A stretch of 64,000 bases of DNA from Gemmatimonadales bacterium (GTDB lineage: Bacteria > Gemmatimonadota > Gemmatimonadetes > Gemmatimonadales > Gemmatimonadaceae): NCBI GenBank assembly GCA_038325515.1, contig JBBQJC010000011.1, positions 6,025 to 70,024 on the forward strand, in the 5' to 3' direction. Below are positions 25,908 to 35,240 of this stretch, piece after piece. Made by a program: the position numbers and the translations under genes. Within the stretch, counting starts at the first letter, position 1. Each line of letters starts with the position of its first letter. The notes beneath the pieces were generated by a model. It made no database searches. It worked only from the letters and a program-made list of their open reading frames with translations, and was not told the origin of the DNA.

Positions 25908-27965
25908 CTATCGCTTCCGTGGCAGCGCGTAGACGACGAGCTCGTCCCCCTTCCCGAACACGTCGCCGTCTCCCCCCGCGGCGATGGCGACGAACTGCCT
26001 CCCCTTCACCGCGTACGTCATCGGCGTCGCCTTTCCGCCGGCGGGAAGAGTCGCGTGCCACAACTCGGCGCCTGTCTCCACGTCGTACGCGTGGAACTGG
26101 CGGTCGAGCGTCGCGCCGATGAACACCACTCCTCCCGCCGTGACGATCGGACCGCCGAGGTTCGGTGAGCCGAGCAGGCGCGTCGCTGCGGACTCCGCGC
26201 GCGCCGCGCCCCGCGCCGCGGACGCGAGCGGCGTGGCGACGGGCGCCGGCGCGGCCCCGCCGCGCCGCGGAGCCGATGCCTCGCCGACCGGACGCGGCGA
26301 ACCGAGGGGGACGCGCCAGGCAATGCTCCCCGTCTCCACGTTCATCGCGACGAGGGCACCGAAGGGAGGCGGGGTGCACGGCACGCCGGCGGGGGAAAGG
26401 AGGATCCGCCGGCGCATCATGTACGGCGTGCCGCGCATCGACGCATACTCCCAGCCGGCCTCCCCGTGGCCGTCGAACTTCTCGCGCGGGATGAGCTGCA
26501 CCACGGCAGCGACCTCGTTGACGGGAACGATGACGAGCTGCCGGTGCGGGTCGAAGGCCACGCCCCCCCAGTGCGCGCCGCCGATGTTCGAGGGGATGAC
26601 GAGCGTCCCGCGCACGCTCGGCGGGGTGAAGATCCCGTCGAAGTCCAGGCCGGCGATCATGGCCCGGCATGCCGCGCGGTCGGCGGAGTCGGCGCCGAAG
26701 ATCTGCGCGCGGTCGAGAGTCCGCGGGACGAGCGAGGGAAGCGTCGAGAAGGGCTGCGTCGGCGACGCGATCTCGCCGGCGACGGTGCTCGCCGGTACCG
26801 CGCGCTCCTCGACCGGCACGATCGGGACGCCGGTGTCGCGGTGCAGCAGGTACAGCATCCCGGTCTTCGTGGCCTGCGCCACCGCCGGGATCATCCGCCC
26901 CCCGCGGCGCACCATCACCAGCGCGGGCGGGGAGGCGTTGTCGTAGTCCCAGAGGTCGTGGTGCACCGTCTGGAACGACCAGACCACGGCTCCCGTCGCG
27001 GCGCGAAGGGCGACGACGGAGTTCGCGTAGCGGTTGTCGCCGAGCCGCTCGCCGCCGTAGTAGTCGGGGCTCGGACTCGAGGTCGGCACGAACACCATCC
27101 CGCGCGCCGTGTCCGCCGCGATCACGCTCCACGCGTTCGCGGCGCCGGTGCGGTGCGCGTTGGTGCCCTTCCAGCTCGCGAACGCCGGATCGTCCGCGCT
27201 CTGCGGCACGGGGTCGAAGGTCCATCGCAGCGCGCCGGTGCGGACATCGTAGCCGCGCACCTCGCCGCTCGCCGCATCGGTGCGGTTGTTGTCGGCCACC
27301 GCCGAGCCGACGACGATGACGCCGCCGACGATCGCGGGGGGTGAGGTGACCTCGTACTCCTCGAATTCCGAGGGGGCATTGCGCAAGCGGCGGCGCAGGT
27401 CGACGGTGCCTCCCTCCCCGAAGCCGGCGCAGGTGCCACCGTCGCGCGCGTCGAGCGCAATGAGGCGCGCGTCGACCGTGGTTAGGAGGATGCGCTTTCC
27501 GCATCGCGCCCCTCGCGCCGCGCGCGGGTCGCTCCAGTAGCTGACGCCGCGATTGGCGAAGTCGCCGAACTTCGCGACGTGCGGCACACCGGCGCTGAAT
27601 CGCCACCGCTCGGCACCAGTCTCGGCATCCAGCGCGAAGACGCGGCCGAGGGCTGTGCTGAGGTACAGCGTTCCGTCGATGACGAGCGGTGTCGCTTCGA
27701 ACGAGGTGCGGCGTCCCGTGGTGTAGTCGGGACCTGCCTCGCCGGTGCTGAACTTCCACGCGACCTCGAGCTTGGCGACGTTGTCACGCGAGATCTGCGC
27801 GAGCGACGAATAGCGCGCGCCACCGGGGTCGCCGCCGTAGCTCGGCCAGTCACGTCCCGACGCGGCGGTGCCGCGCACGACGCTCGGTTGGGCGAGGGCG
27901 ACAGCGGCAGCGCAGGTGAGGAGCGCGGCGGCGAACGTCAGTGTCCGACACGACATCGGCGTCAT
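25908..27965 (-). CDS. PQQ-dependent quinoprotein dehydrogenase (glucose/quinate/alcohol dehydrogenase superfamily), periplasmic
   Basis: Start at 'MTPMSCRTLTFAAALLTCAAAVALAQ' (signal). 'DWPSYGGDPGGARYSSLAQI' plus repeated W-containing propeller blades ('LYLSTALGRVFALDAETG', 'GGVVFIGATLDRQFHAYDVETG'). The upstream 98 codons of the tracked ORF only translate the octamer repeat. Confidence 0.85.
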   Translation of the reverse strand: MTPMSCRTLTFAAALLTCAAAVALAQPSVVRGTAASGRDWPSYGGDPGGARYSSLAQISRDNVAKLEVAWKFSTGEAGPDYTTGRRTSFEATPLVIDGTLYLSTALGRVFALDAETGAERWRFSAGVPHVAKFGDFANRGVSYWSDPRAARGARCGKRILLTTVDARLIALDARDGGTCAGFGEGGTVDLRRRLRNAPSEFEEYEVTSPPAIVGGVIVVGSAVADNNRTDAASGEVRGYDVRTGALRWTFDPVPQSADDPAFASWKGTNAHRTGAANAWSVIAADTARGMVFVPTSSPSPDYYGGERLGDNRYANSVVALRAATGAVVWSFQTVHHDLWDYDNASPPALVMVRRGGRMIPAVAQATKTGMLYLLHRDTGVPIVPVEERAVPASTVAGEIASPTQPFSTLPSLVPRTLDRAQIFGADSADRAACRAMIAGLDFDGIFTPPSVRGTLVIPSNIGGAHWGGVAFDPHRQLVIVPVNEVAAVVQLIPREKFDGHGEAGWEYASMRGTPYMMRRRILLSPAGVPCTPPPFGALVAMNVETGSIAWRVPLGSPRPVGEASAPRRGGAAPAPVATPLASAARGAARAESAATRLLGSPNLGGPIVTAGGVVFIGATLDRQFHAYDVETGAELWHATLPAGGKATPMTYAVKGRQFVAIAAGGDGDVFGKGDELVVYALPRKR

Positions 27966-28039
27966 CGCGGCACTCCTTCTAGCGGCGGTCCGGACGGGAT
28001 ACGCGAAGCTGGCAACACGGAGCGGCGGGCATGGGGGCG

Positions 28040-28214
28040 CGGCAACGGCGGCAACACGGAAACGGCAACCCGGCAACCCGGCAACCCGGCAACCCGGCAA
28101 CCCGGCAACCCGGCAACCCGGCAACCCGGCAACCCGGCAACCCGGCAACCCGGCAACCCGGCAACACGGCAACACGGCAACACGGCAACACGGCAACACG
28201 GAAACGGCGGAAAC
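28040..28214. repeat. Octamer tandem array: 12 x CGGCAACC (28063..28158) + 5 x CGGCAACA (28159..28198) with degenerate flanking units
   Basis: Units counted base by base from the sequence lines. Confidence 0.95.
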
Positions 28215-28375
28215 GGCACATCCGGCGCAATGACTTTCCGGCTCCGTGCGCCTCATCAACCTCTCATTGCCCTGCTGTTCGCGCCAGCTCCCCCGCCGCG
28301 CGCCGAGCTCAGAGCGATCCCGGGGGATATGCCCCTTCCGCCTCTTCCGCCCTTTCCGTGTCGCCCCTCACCCAC

Positions 28376-28466
28376 CACGCCATCTACCCATCACGCCCTC
28401 TACCCGCCACGCCTCACCCACCACGCCCTTACCCACCACGCCCTTACCCACCACGCCCTTACCCAC
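28376..28466. repeat. 15-mer tandem array CACGCCCTTACCCAC (3 exact copies 28422..28466, about 3 degenerate copies upstream)
   Basis: Counted from the sequence. The last copies overlap the 3' end and supply the TAA stop (28459..28461) of the GxxExxY gene. Confidence 0.85.
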
Positions 28467-28884
28467 CGTCCAACTCCTCACCCACTACCTCCCGACTCGC
28501 CGGCCGCACGGCCTCCCCCATCACCACCCGGATCACTTCCGGCACTGGGCCGAAGAACAACACCAGCCCCACCCGCAGTCCCGACGCCTTGAGGTAGCTG
28601 AGCACCTGCGCGCGACAGCCCGGCGGCAGCGCGGAGCCCGCCTTCAACTCCACGACGACGCAGTCATTCACGATCAGATCGGCGCGCAGCACCCCAAGTC
28701 GCTCACCGTGAAAGAACACCTCGTACGGCTGCTGACTCCGCACCGGCACGCCACGCTCCCGCAGCACGATCTCCAGCGCCTTCTCGTACAGATGCTCGCG
28801 GAATCCGTACCCCAGCTCATTGTAGACCTTGAAGAACGCGTCGATCGCCGGCTTCGTGAGCTCGGCGTTCCGCAGGACCGCCAT
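28459..28884 (-). CDS. GxxExxY protein (PD-(D/E)XK nuclease-fold family)
   Basis: 'FFKVYNELGYGFREHLYEKAL' (GxxExxY), 'LRADLIVNDCVVVELKA' and 'QVLSYLKASGLRVGLVLFFG'. Internal Met 'MAVLRNAELT' was chosen as the start. Confidence 0.75.
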   Translation of the reverse strand: MAVLRNAELTKPAIDAFFKVYNELGYGFREHLYEKALEIVLRERGVPVRSQQPYEVFFHGERLGVLRADLIVNDCVVVELKAGSALPPGCRAQVLSYLKASGLRVGLVLFFGPVPEVIRVVMGEAVRPASREVVGEELDGG

Positions 28885-28974
28885 CAGATCCGCCACAGAA
28901 AAGAGGGAGCCCTCTATCCACCGAGAGCTCCCTCCGTGCAACACCGAACCACCGCCCCCCTAACCGATTTCCCG

Positions 28975-30435
28975 CTATTGCCCGATCCAGTACGTCGCCT
29001 TCACCAGGAACACGTTCGTCGGCACCGTCCGGAAGATCGCTCCAACGTCGCGCCGACCGTCGCAATCGCCGAGCGGCGCGAAACCGCTCCGCCGCTGCTG
29101 CCAGACGAAATACAGCGACGAGCCGGGCCGGAAGTCCCACCGCACCACCGCATTCCCGCGCAGCGACCGCACGTTGAAGTTCGGCTGCGTCACGGTGAAG
29201 CTCGGCGCGGCGCCGCTCCCGTCCGGATCGACGACATAGCGGGCATTTGCGGCATCATAGCTGATCGTCCCGCGATCGGTGCCATACTGCGCAAACGAAT
29301 ACGTGCCCGGCGCGAGGAGCTCCTTGTACCCCTCGTACCGCCCCGCTGACACGAATGGCTGCGCATACATCACGAAGCTCAGCGTCGGCGAGATCGTGAC
29401 GTCCATCCGCGTGTCGAGCGACAGGGTCGTCTGCGTGAGGGTGGCGAGCGCGTAGCGGCGGCCGTACGTCGCCGTCGCCAGCGGGTCGTTCACCGTGCGG
29501 ACGAGCTGCTCGGTGTCGTGCAGCCGGCTCCACGATGGGGAGAAGTTGCGATGCACGGTGGCGCTCGGCCGCACGTCGACGGAGAAGCTCGCCTGCGGGA
29601 GGTCGCCGCCGAGATCGTCGCGCGTGTACGCGCCGTTCATGCCGAGCACGATCGGCCGTCGGGAATCCGTCGATACGCTGGCGCTGACCTGCCTCGTCGC
29701 CGGCCGCCGGCCCTCGGGTCCGCCGCGCAGGAGCTGGTCGTCGAAGAACGCCGGTGTGTAGATCACGCCGAGGGCCGTGCTCCACAGGTTGAGGAAGGTC
29801 GCGTTGACGTGCCCCGCGTAGCCCTCGAAGATCGTCCGTCCCCCGTAGTTGACCGCGAGGTTCTGGTAGGCAAATGTGTGCCAGCTCCGCAGGTGCGCCC
29901 CCGCCTTGAAGTCCTGGTGGCCGAGCAGTGTGGAGAAGGCGCGATAGCCGGTGCGACTCTGGAAGCCGAGATCGTTCAGCTCGAGACCCGGGCTCGTGGC
30001 CTTCACCGCGACCGAGCCGAAGTTCGCCCCCTGCTTCTGCAGCGCGAGCTCGCCGATGTATCCGGTGAGCGACGTCCGCGTCGTGTCGTGGCTCACCCCC
30101 AGCGCCCCCGCGTCGGGCCGCTGGAAGTAGTGGTTGCTCGCCCGCTGCGTCAGCGCGATCGCCTGCCGGCTTCCCTGCACCGCGCTCCCCGCGACGAAGC
30201 CGCTCGCGATCCAGTTGCGGTTGTCCATGTCGTGCTCGAAGTCGACGCCGCCGAAGGTCGCCGCCGACCGCAGCACCGGGGCGAATACGGTGTCCGCCGC
30301 CGCTCGGCTCGTCCGCTCGAGCACCGGCGTTCGCGAAAGGGTTGAGATTCCAGCAGTCGAGCCACTCTGCCATCCCGCGTACGCGTTGTCATCCCGCCGT
30401 CGCGGAGCGGCTGTCGGGATCCACTTTCGCGACAC
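28975..30435 (-). pseudogene. 5'-truncated DUF5916-family outer-membrane beta-barrel gene (C-terminal ~480 codons only)
   Basis: 'HYFQRPDAGALGVSHDTTRTSLTGY', 'SPGLELNDLGFQSRTGY', 'LLRGGPEG' and the terminal 'NVFLVKATYWIGQ' fit my recollection of the DUF5916 barrel. No signal peptide or carbohydrate-binding N-domain is present. A REP array lies immediately 5'. Confidence 0.5.
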
Positions 30436-30463
30436 CGGAAGCGGCCACGCCGCTGGGAGGACA

Positions 30464-30551
30464 GATCCCGACGCTCACTTCGTTCGCGCGGGATGACGGG
30501 ATTCCTTCGTTCGCGCGGGATGACAGGACTCCTTCGTTCGCGCGGGATGAC
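30464..30551 (-). repeat. REP-like element expanded into an array: one full unit (30464..30497) plus two 27-nt half-units (to 30524 and to 30551)
   Basis: 'gatcccgacgctcacttcgttcgcgcgggatgac' is followed by 'gggattccttcgttcgcgcgggatgac' and 'aggactccttcgttcgcgcgggatgac'. Confidence 0.8.
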
Positions 30552-30566
30552 AGGTCGCGCACCCCC

Positions 30567-30896
30567 TCAATCCACGATGAACAGCGTCGCCCCCCTCGGC
30601 GAGATCGAGCGGTGCGCCTCGGCACCGTCGGACACCTGATAGCTCATCCCCGGCGTCAGGATGAAGCGCCGGCCGTCGGCAAGCTCCGTCTCCAGCTCGC
30701 CGGTGAGACAGAGCAGGATGTGCCCCTTCTCGCACCAGTGATCGGCCACATAGCCTGGGGAATAGTCGACGAGCCGCACGCGGACCTCCCCGAAGCTGCG
30801 CGTGCGCCAGGTGGCATGGCCCGTCTCGCCCGGATGCGTCGTCGGCTCGACCGCCGTCCAGTCGGTGGTGCCGAAGGGGATGTCGGTGAGGCGCAC
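30567..30896 (-). CDS. Cupin-fold protein (DHCW-motif type)
   Basis: GTG start 2 nt after the upstream stop. 'VDYSPGYVADHWCEKGHILLCLTGELETELADGRRFILTPGMSYQV'. Confidence 0.7.
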   Translation of the reverse strand: MRLTDIPFGTTDWTAVEPTTHPGETGHATWRTRSFGEVRVRLVDYSPGYVADHWCEKGHILLCLTGELETELADGRRFILTPGMSYQVSDGAEAHRSISPRGATLFIVD

Positions 30897-30898
30897 GC

Positions 30899-31453
30899 TC
30901 AGCGCCGGGCCGAGTGGCGCCCCAGCCACGCTGCGGCGATGCAGGCGTTGCCGGTGAACGCGACCCACGACGCCGAGTCCTTGACGCTCGGCGTGATGCC
31001 AGGCCGCATGAGGTGAACGGAAACGGCGTAGTCGAGCAACAGGCCGATGACCGCCAACCCCGCGAGGATGATGAGCGCGATGCGCGGCTGCGGCTGGAGC
31101 AGGCGGTAGGCGCTGATCGCCAGGATGATGATGATGCCGAGAACGACGTCGGAGCCGATCGTCTCCCGGTGCGGGGGGATCGGCATGCTCAGGATCATCA
31201 GCAGCGAGAGCAGCGTGGCGATGACGAGCGCCAGCCGCGCGGGGCCGAGCGTGCGCCCGGGAGTGCGGACGACGCCCAGCGCCAGCATCCCGGTGAGCGA
31301 CGGCACGAGGGCGAGCAACACCTGAGGACGCGACAGCGGACCAGGGTGCGAGTTCACCACCGCGAACCAGGCGAGGGCGCCGAGCACCACGCCGGCGATG
31401 CCGAGGAAGGGACGCAGGAGTCGCTCGCGACGGGTACTCAGAACGGTGTTCAA
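30899..31453 (-). CDS. Integral membrane protein (5-6 TM)
   Basis: Hydrophobic throughout, e.g. 'FLGIAGVVLGALAWFAVV' and 'VVLGIIIILAISAYRLL'. Confidence 0.6.
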   Translation of the reverse strand: MNTVLSTRRERLLRPFLGIAGVVLGALAWFAVVNSHPGPLSRPQVLLALVPSLTGMLALGVVRTPGRTLGPARLALVIATLLSLLMILSMPIPPHRETIGSDVVLGIIIILAISAYRLLQPQPRIALIILAGLAVIGLLLDYAVSVHLMRPGITPSVKDSASWVAFTGNACIAAAWLGRHSARR

Positions 31454-31486
31454 TGTGTTCTGCCGGAAGAGAGGGGCCCGCTCACA

Positions 31487-32077
31487 TCACGATGGCGCGA
31501 TGACCTCGCCCGTCGCCGACCCTTCCACGCTCGCGACGTACGACTTCGCGACCGTGGCAGCAGGCAGGCCGTACTGGGGATCCTGTCCCATCGCCGCGAG
31601 CGTCTCGCTCACCCATGGGGGACTGACGACGTTGACGCGGATCCCGCGTGGCGCCTCGAGCGCCGCCGCCCGGGCGAACCCCTCGAGGCCGGCGTTCACC
31701 AGGCTGATCGCCGCGCTGTTGGCCATCGGCTTCTGCGCGAGCACGCCGCTCGTCAGCGTGATGGAGCCGCCGTCGGAGAGCGACGCGAAGCCGTAGCGCG
31801 CGACGTTGACCTGGCCCATCAGCTTGTTCTTCAGGCTCGCCGCGAAGTCCTCGTCGGTGAGCTCGGCGAGCGGCTTCCACGCGCCACTTCCCGCGGCGCT
31901 GACGATCGCGTCGACGCGCCCGACGCGAGTGAGGAGCGCCTTCACCGAGGCCGGGTCCGTGAGGTCGACGTGCTCCGGCGCTTTCGTGTGGCTGGCCAGA
32001 ATGAGGTCGTGGCTGGAGAGGGCGGCGGCGACCGCGCGCCCGATGGTGCCGGTGGCACCGATGAGGAGGATTCGCAT
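31487..32077 (-). CDS. Short-chain dehydrogenase/reductase (atypical short SDR)
   Basis: 'MRILLIGATGTIGRAV' and 'IRVNVVSPPWV'. Confidence 0.8.
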   Translation of the reverse strand: MRILLIGATGTIGRAVAAALSSHDLILASHTKAPEHVDLTDPASVKALLTRVGRVDAIVSAAGSGAWKPLAELTDEDFAASLKNKLMGQVNVARYGFASLSDGGSITLTSGVLAQKPMANSAAISLVNAGLEGFARAAALEAPRGIRVNVVSPPWVSETLAAMGQDPQYGLPAATVAKSYVASVEGSATGEVIAPS

Positions 32078-32249
32078 GGAGAAGGGAATCGGGCGGTGGG
32101 CGAGAAGGTTCGCGCGGATGGACCGCACGGAAGAGGTGATCGCGTTCCCGTCAGCGCACGTGGATGACGTGGAACATCCCGAGCTCCGCTCAGCATGTGG
32201 GCCGAGCCGAGGAGGATGGCGATGGCGCTGGCGCCCAGCCGAAGCTGTC

Positions 32250-32735
32250 TCATCCCCCCCGCGCCGCCTCGATCGCCGCGACGTCGATCTTCTTCATCTG
32301 CATCATCGCCTCGAACACGCGCTTGGCGACGGCCGGATCGGGATCGGTGACTCCCCGCGTGAGGGCGACCGGCGTGATCTGCCACGACAACCCCCATCGG
32401 TCCTTGCACCAGCCACACTCGCTCTCCTGCCCGCCGTTGCCGACGATCGCGTTCCAGTAGCGATCCGTCTCGGCCTGGTCGTCGGTGGCGACCTGAAACG
32501 AGAATGCCTCGTCATGCTTGAACATCGGGCCGCCGTTGAGACCGAGACAGGGAATGCCCATCACCGTGAACTCGACGGTGAGCACGTCCTCCTGCTTCCC
32601 AGAGGGATAGTCCCCCGGCGCGCGGTGCACGGCGTTCACGGAAGAGTCGGGAAAGGTCTCGGCGTAGAACCGCGCCGCGTCCTCGGCGCCGCCATCGTAC
32701 CAGAGGCAGATCGTGTTCTTTGCTGGCTTCACCAT
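32250..32735 (-). CDS. VOC-superfamily protein of the PhnB / 3-demethylubiquinone-9 3-methyltransferase-domain type
   Basis: 'ICLWYDGGAEDAARFYAETFPDS', 'FTVMGIPCLGLNGGP', 'CGWCKDRWGLSWQI'. Confidence 0.75.
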   Translation of the reverse strand: MVKPAKNTICLWYDGGAEDAARFYAETFPDSSVNAVHRAPGDYPSGKQEDVLTVEFTVMGIPCLGLNGGPMFKHDEAFSFQVATDDQAETDRYWNAIVGNGGQESECGWCKDRWGLSWQITPVALTRGVTDPDPAVAKRVFEAMMQMKKIDVAAIEAARGG

Positions 32736-32900
32736 GTCAGTGCTCGATGAAGAGGAATAGCCGAGGCTGGACCGAGGACATGCTCGCGGTCGAAGAGCAT
32801 TGGCACTACGATACTTCCCGATCGTCATCCGGCAAGACCACGGCGGTCGCGGCGCCCGTGCCCCGCCTCTCCGCACGCAACAGCTGTTTCGCTTGGCGCC

Positions 32901-33425
32901 TCACTGGGCGCCGCCGTGGAGCTCGATCAGCTCCTGCACCTCTCCTCGCATCGCCTCGTCCAGCCGGAAGATCGCGACGTGATCGACGATCGCATCCATG
33001 GTCAGCGGCAGCGCCAGCCTCGCCTCGGTCGCGGCCTCGCGCAACTCGGCCGGATCGGTTGCGCGCCCGATCGTGATGTGCGGTCGATACACGTGCGTCG
33101 GGGAGCGATGGGACGCGAGCACGCCCCGGTATGACCGCTCGTGCAGCTCGCTGAACGTATCCGCACCCACGGCGAGGTCCAGGAAGAGATACTCTCCATC
33201 GACCTGCGGTGCGCTCGCTATGCCGTCGCGGAACGGGACGGTGCCCGCTATCGCTGCCACAACGTGAACCCTCAGCTCGTCCGCGGCGATCGTGCTCGCG
33301 AACGGAAACACCATGGTGACGTGCGCGGCAATGAACGCCGCAAGGGGATCGAAGCGAGCTCTGACTGCCTCGATCTCCTCCTGCGCCTCGGTTCGTGGAA
33401 AGGCGACGACAGCGAACTGAGTCAT
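32901..33425 (-). CDS. 2H-phosphoesterase (LigT-like 2'-5' RNA ligase superfamily)
   Basis: Two HxT/S motifs, 'AAHVTMVFPF' and 'RPHITIGRA'. Confidence 0.65.
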   Translation of the reverse strand: MTQFAVVAFPRTEAQEEIEAVRARFDPLAAFIAAHVTMVFPFASTIAADELRVHVVAAIAGTVPFRDGIASAPQVDGEYLFLDLAVGADTFSELHERSYRGVLASHRSPTHVYRPHITIGRATDPAELREAATEARLALPLTMDAIVDHVAIFRLDEAMRGEVQELIELHGGAQ

Positions 33426-33477
33426 CCAGGGACATCCGTCGTGCACCCGCTACACACCTCGACCCCGCTGCCGGTCG

Positions 33478-33693
33478 TCACCCGACGGCCGGACTGTCGA
33501 GCAGGGCCCTTGCCCTCGCGACATCCTCGCCGCGGACGATGAGTGATGTGCGTCCAGCCAGCGTCGTGTGAAAACCGAATCCGGAATTCGCCGATCGCGT
33601 CGCGGCCTCGCTCCCGTTCGCTCCGAGTATCGCGGCGCCGAGGCTCGCCTCCCCTTCGCTCACGTACGCACGGACGATCTCTTCAGGACTCAT
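33478..33693 (-). CDS. Small hypothetical protein (71 aa)
   Basis: Only the C-terminal part of ORF 33478..34041 from 'MSPEEIVRAYV' looks coding. Weak call. Confidence 0.3.
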   Translation of the reverse strand: MSPEEIVRAYVSEGEASLGAAILGANGSEAATRSANSGFGFHTTLAGRTSLIVRGEDVARARALLDSPAVG

Positions 33694-33820
33694 GACGGAT
33701 CTCCTCGGGAAGTATCGGACGCGGCCATGACGCCCCAGCAACGCTGCGGCCTCCCCATGCGGAAGGTCCAGTGGCCAGCGCGCGATGACATCGCGCCCGT
33801 GCCCCCTTCTTCCGCTCTCG

Positions 33821-34465
33821 TCATCTGCAACGCTCACTCGTTGGTGCCGCGCGCGACACGTCGAAGGCGCCCTCCGGAATGCTTCCCCCCATCCAGATCT
33901 CCAGACGTCGATCTGCGCCGGCGGAATCGGATGCGGCGAGAGCCAGCTCCTGCCCATCCGTGCCGAGCAGCCAGATCGAGTCGTAGGAGCCGCCTCCACC
34001 GGGCCGCGATCGGTGCTGTCCGACGAGAAGGCAGCCTGCAAGAGGGCCCCGCGGAATGATCATGAGACTGTTGCCAGGAGCCACGAACCATTCTCGGCCC
34101 GTCGCGACGTCCACGGCATGGACTGCGTCCGACGTGACCCACGCGTCACTCAGGAAATAGATACGGCCGCCGTCCGGTGAGAACTGCGGAGAGGACAGCG
34201 CGGCGAGCGTCCGCTGGACGCTGTCTGCGGCGCGGCCTGTGACGAGACGCCGAGCGTCGGTCCCATCGGAGCTCGCGATCCAGAGCTCCGTGGCCTGCTC
34301 CTCACCGAGCGCCGTCTGGACGACACGTCCGGGCGTGGCGCGAATGAAGGCCACCCGCCCGTTCGACGCATGGATGACGCCCCCGTCGGGAAGCTGGATC
34401 CGGCTGGCGGTCCTGCATGCTGCGAGCGCGATGGCGACGACGACGACGACGATGAACCTTCTCAT
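33821..34465 (-). CDS. Lipoprotein with TolB/beta-propeller-like repeats
   Basis: 'VVVVAIALAAC' lipobox. 'LWIASSDGTDARRL' and 'FSPDGGRIYFLSD' are typical propeller-blade motifs. Confidence 0.55.
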   Translation of the reverse strand: MRRFIVVVVVAIALAACRTASRIQLPDGGVIHASNGRVAFIRATPGRVVQTALGEEQATELWIASSDGTDARRLVTGRAADSVQRTLAALSSPQFSPDGGRIYFLSDAWVTSDAVHAVDVATGREWFVAPGNSLMIIPRGPLAGCLLVGQHRSRPGGGGSYDSIWLLGTDGQELALAASDSAGADRRLEIWMGGSIPEGAFDVSRAAPTSERCR

Positions 34466-34472
34466 TCTCTCC

Positions 34473-35216
34473 TCACGAAGAGGGAGCCTCCGCCTGGCGT
34501 CCGAGCTCGTCAGCCTGCTGCGGTCGCGTCCATATCGCCGAGTATCGCCAATCCGCGTGCTGCTCGAGCTTGACGCCCGGCAGCAGCTCCGGATATGTCC
34601 GCCGGACCTCGGCAGGCGTCAGATACACCTCCCCCGCCCCGTGCCGGTCGTACAGCCGCCCGACCTCGTGCGATCCGCGACGGTTCAGCAGCCGCCGGGC
34701 GCGTTGCTGAACCGCCCCGACGATATTCGGCAGGAGGTAGCGAAGTCCGGGTCTCGTCACCACGTCCTGCAGCAGGAGTACGCCAAGTGGTGCCACGAGC
34801 TCGGCAAGGCGCGCGACGATGGCGCGCACGGCGAAGTGGTGAACCACATTGACGGAGACCACTACATCGAAGCCTCGCGGCGGGAGCGACTCCGCCATCA
34901 CATCCCCGACCAGGTAACGCACGCTCAACTCTGGCGGCGTGCGCGCGGATGCCAGCGCGATCATCTGCGGAGCGATATCGAGAGCTGTCACGCGCAGTCC
35001 ACGTCCCGCGAGCGCGCGTGCCACCACTCCATCCCCGCAGCCGACATCGATTGCATTTCGCGCATGAACTGGCACATGGCGCAGGAGAGCTCGCTCCGCA
35101 GGCGTCAGCCGAGCTCGCGCCTTGCTGCCTGCCAGCGCGGCGGCTATCGCATCGAAGTCGGCGATGATCTCACGATTCGTCTTCATCCATTGCGCTTCGC
35201 GAGACGTGATGGCCAT
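34473..35216 (-). CDS. Class I SAM-dependent methyltransferase
   Basis: Motif I 'AIDVGCGDGVVARALAGRG' and motif post-I 'VTALDIAPQMI'. Confidence 0.8.
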   Translation of the reverse strand: MAITSREAQWMKTNREIIADFDAIAAALAGSKARARLTPAERALLRHVPVHARNAIDVGCGDGVVARALAGRGLRVTALDIAPQMIALASARTPPELSVRYLVGDVMAESLPPRGFDVVVSVNVVHHFAVRAIVARLAELVAPLGVLLLQDVVTRPGLRYLLPNIVGAVQQRARRLLNRRGSHEVGRLYDRHGAGEVYLTPAEVRRTYPELLPGVKLEQHADWRYSAIWTRPQQADELGRQAEAPSS

Positions 35217-35240
35217 CCAGGGAGCGTCGCCAGAACACTC

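Noticed and set aside
27966-28259. Upstream ATG (28259) that would extend the PQQ dehydrogenase by 98 codons through the octamer repeat ('LPCCRVAGLPGCRVAGLPGC...').
   Set aside because: The extension would bury the obvious signal peptide (MTPMSCRTLTFAAALL...) internally. It is only a translation of the microsatellite. It is kept solely as a phase-variation caveat in the findings.
28040-28466. Possible CRISPR array, given the highly regular short repeats.
   Set aside because: The units are 8 and 15 nt and directly abutting, with no unique spacers. No cas genes are present. These are microsatellite or minisatellite arrays.
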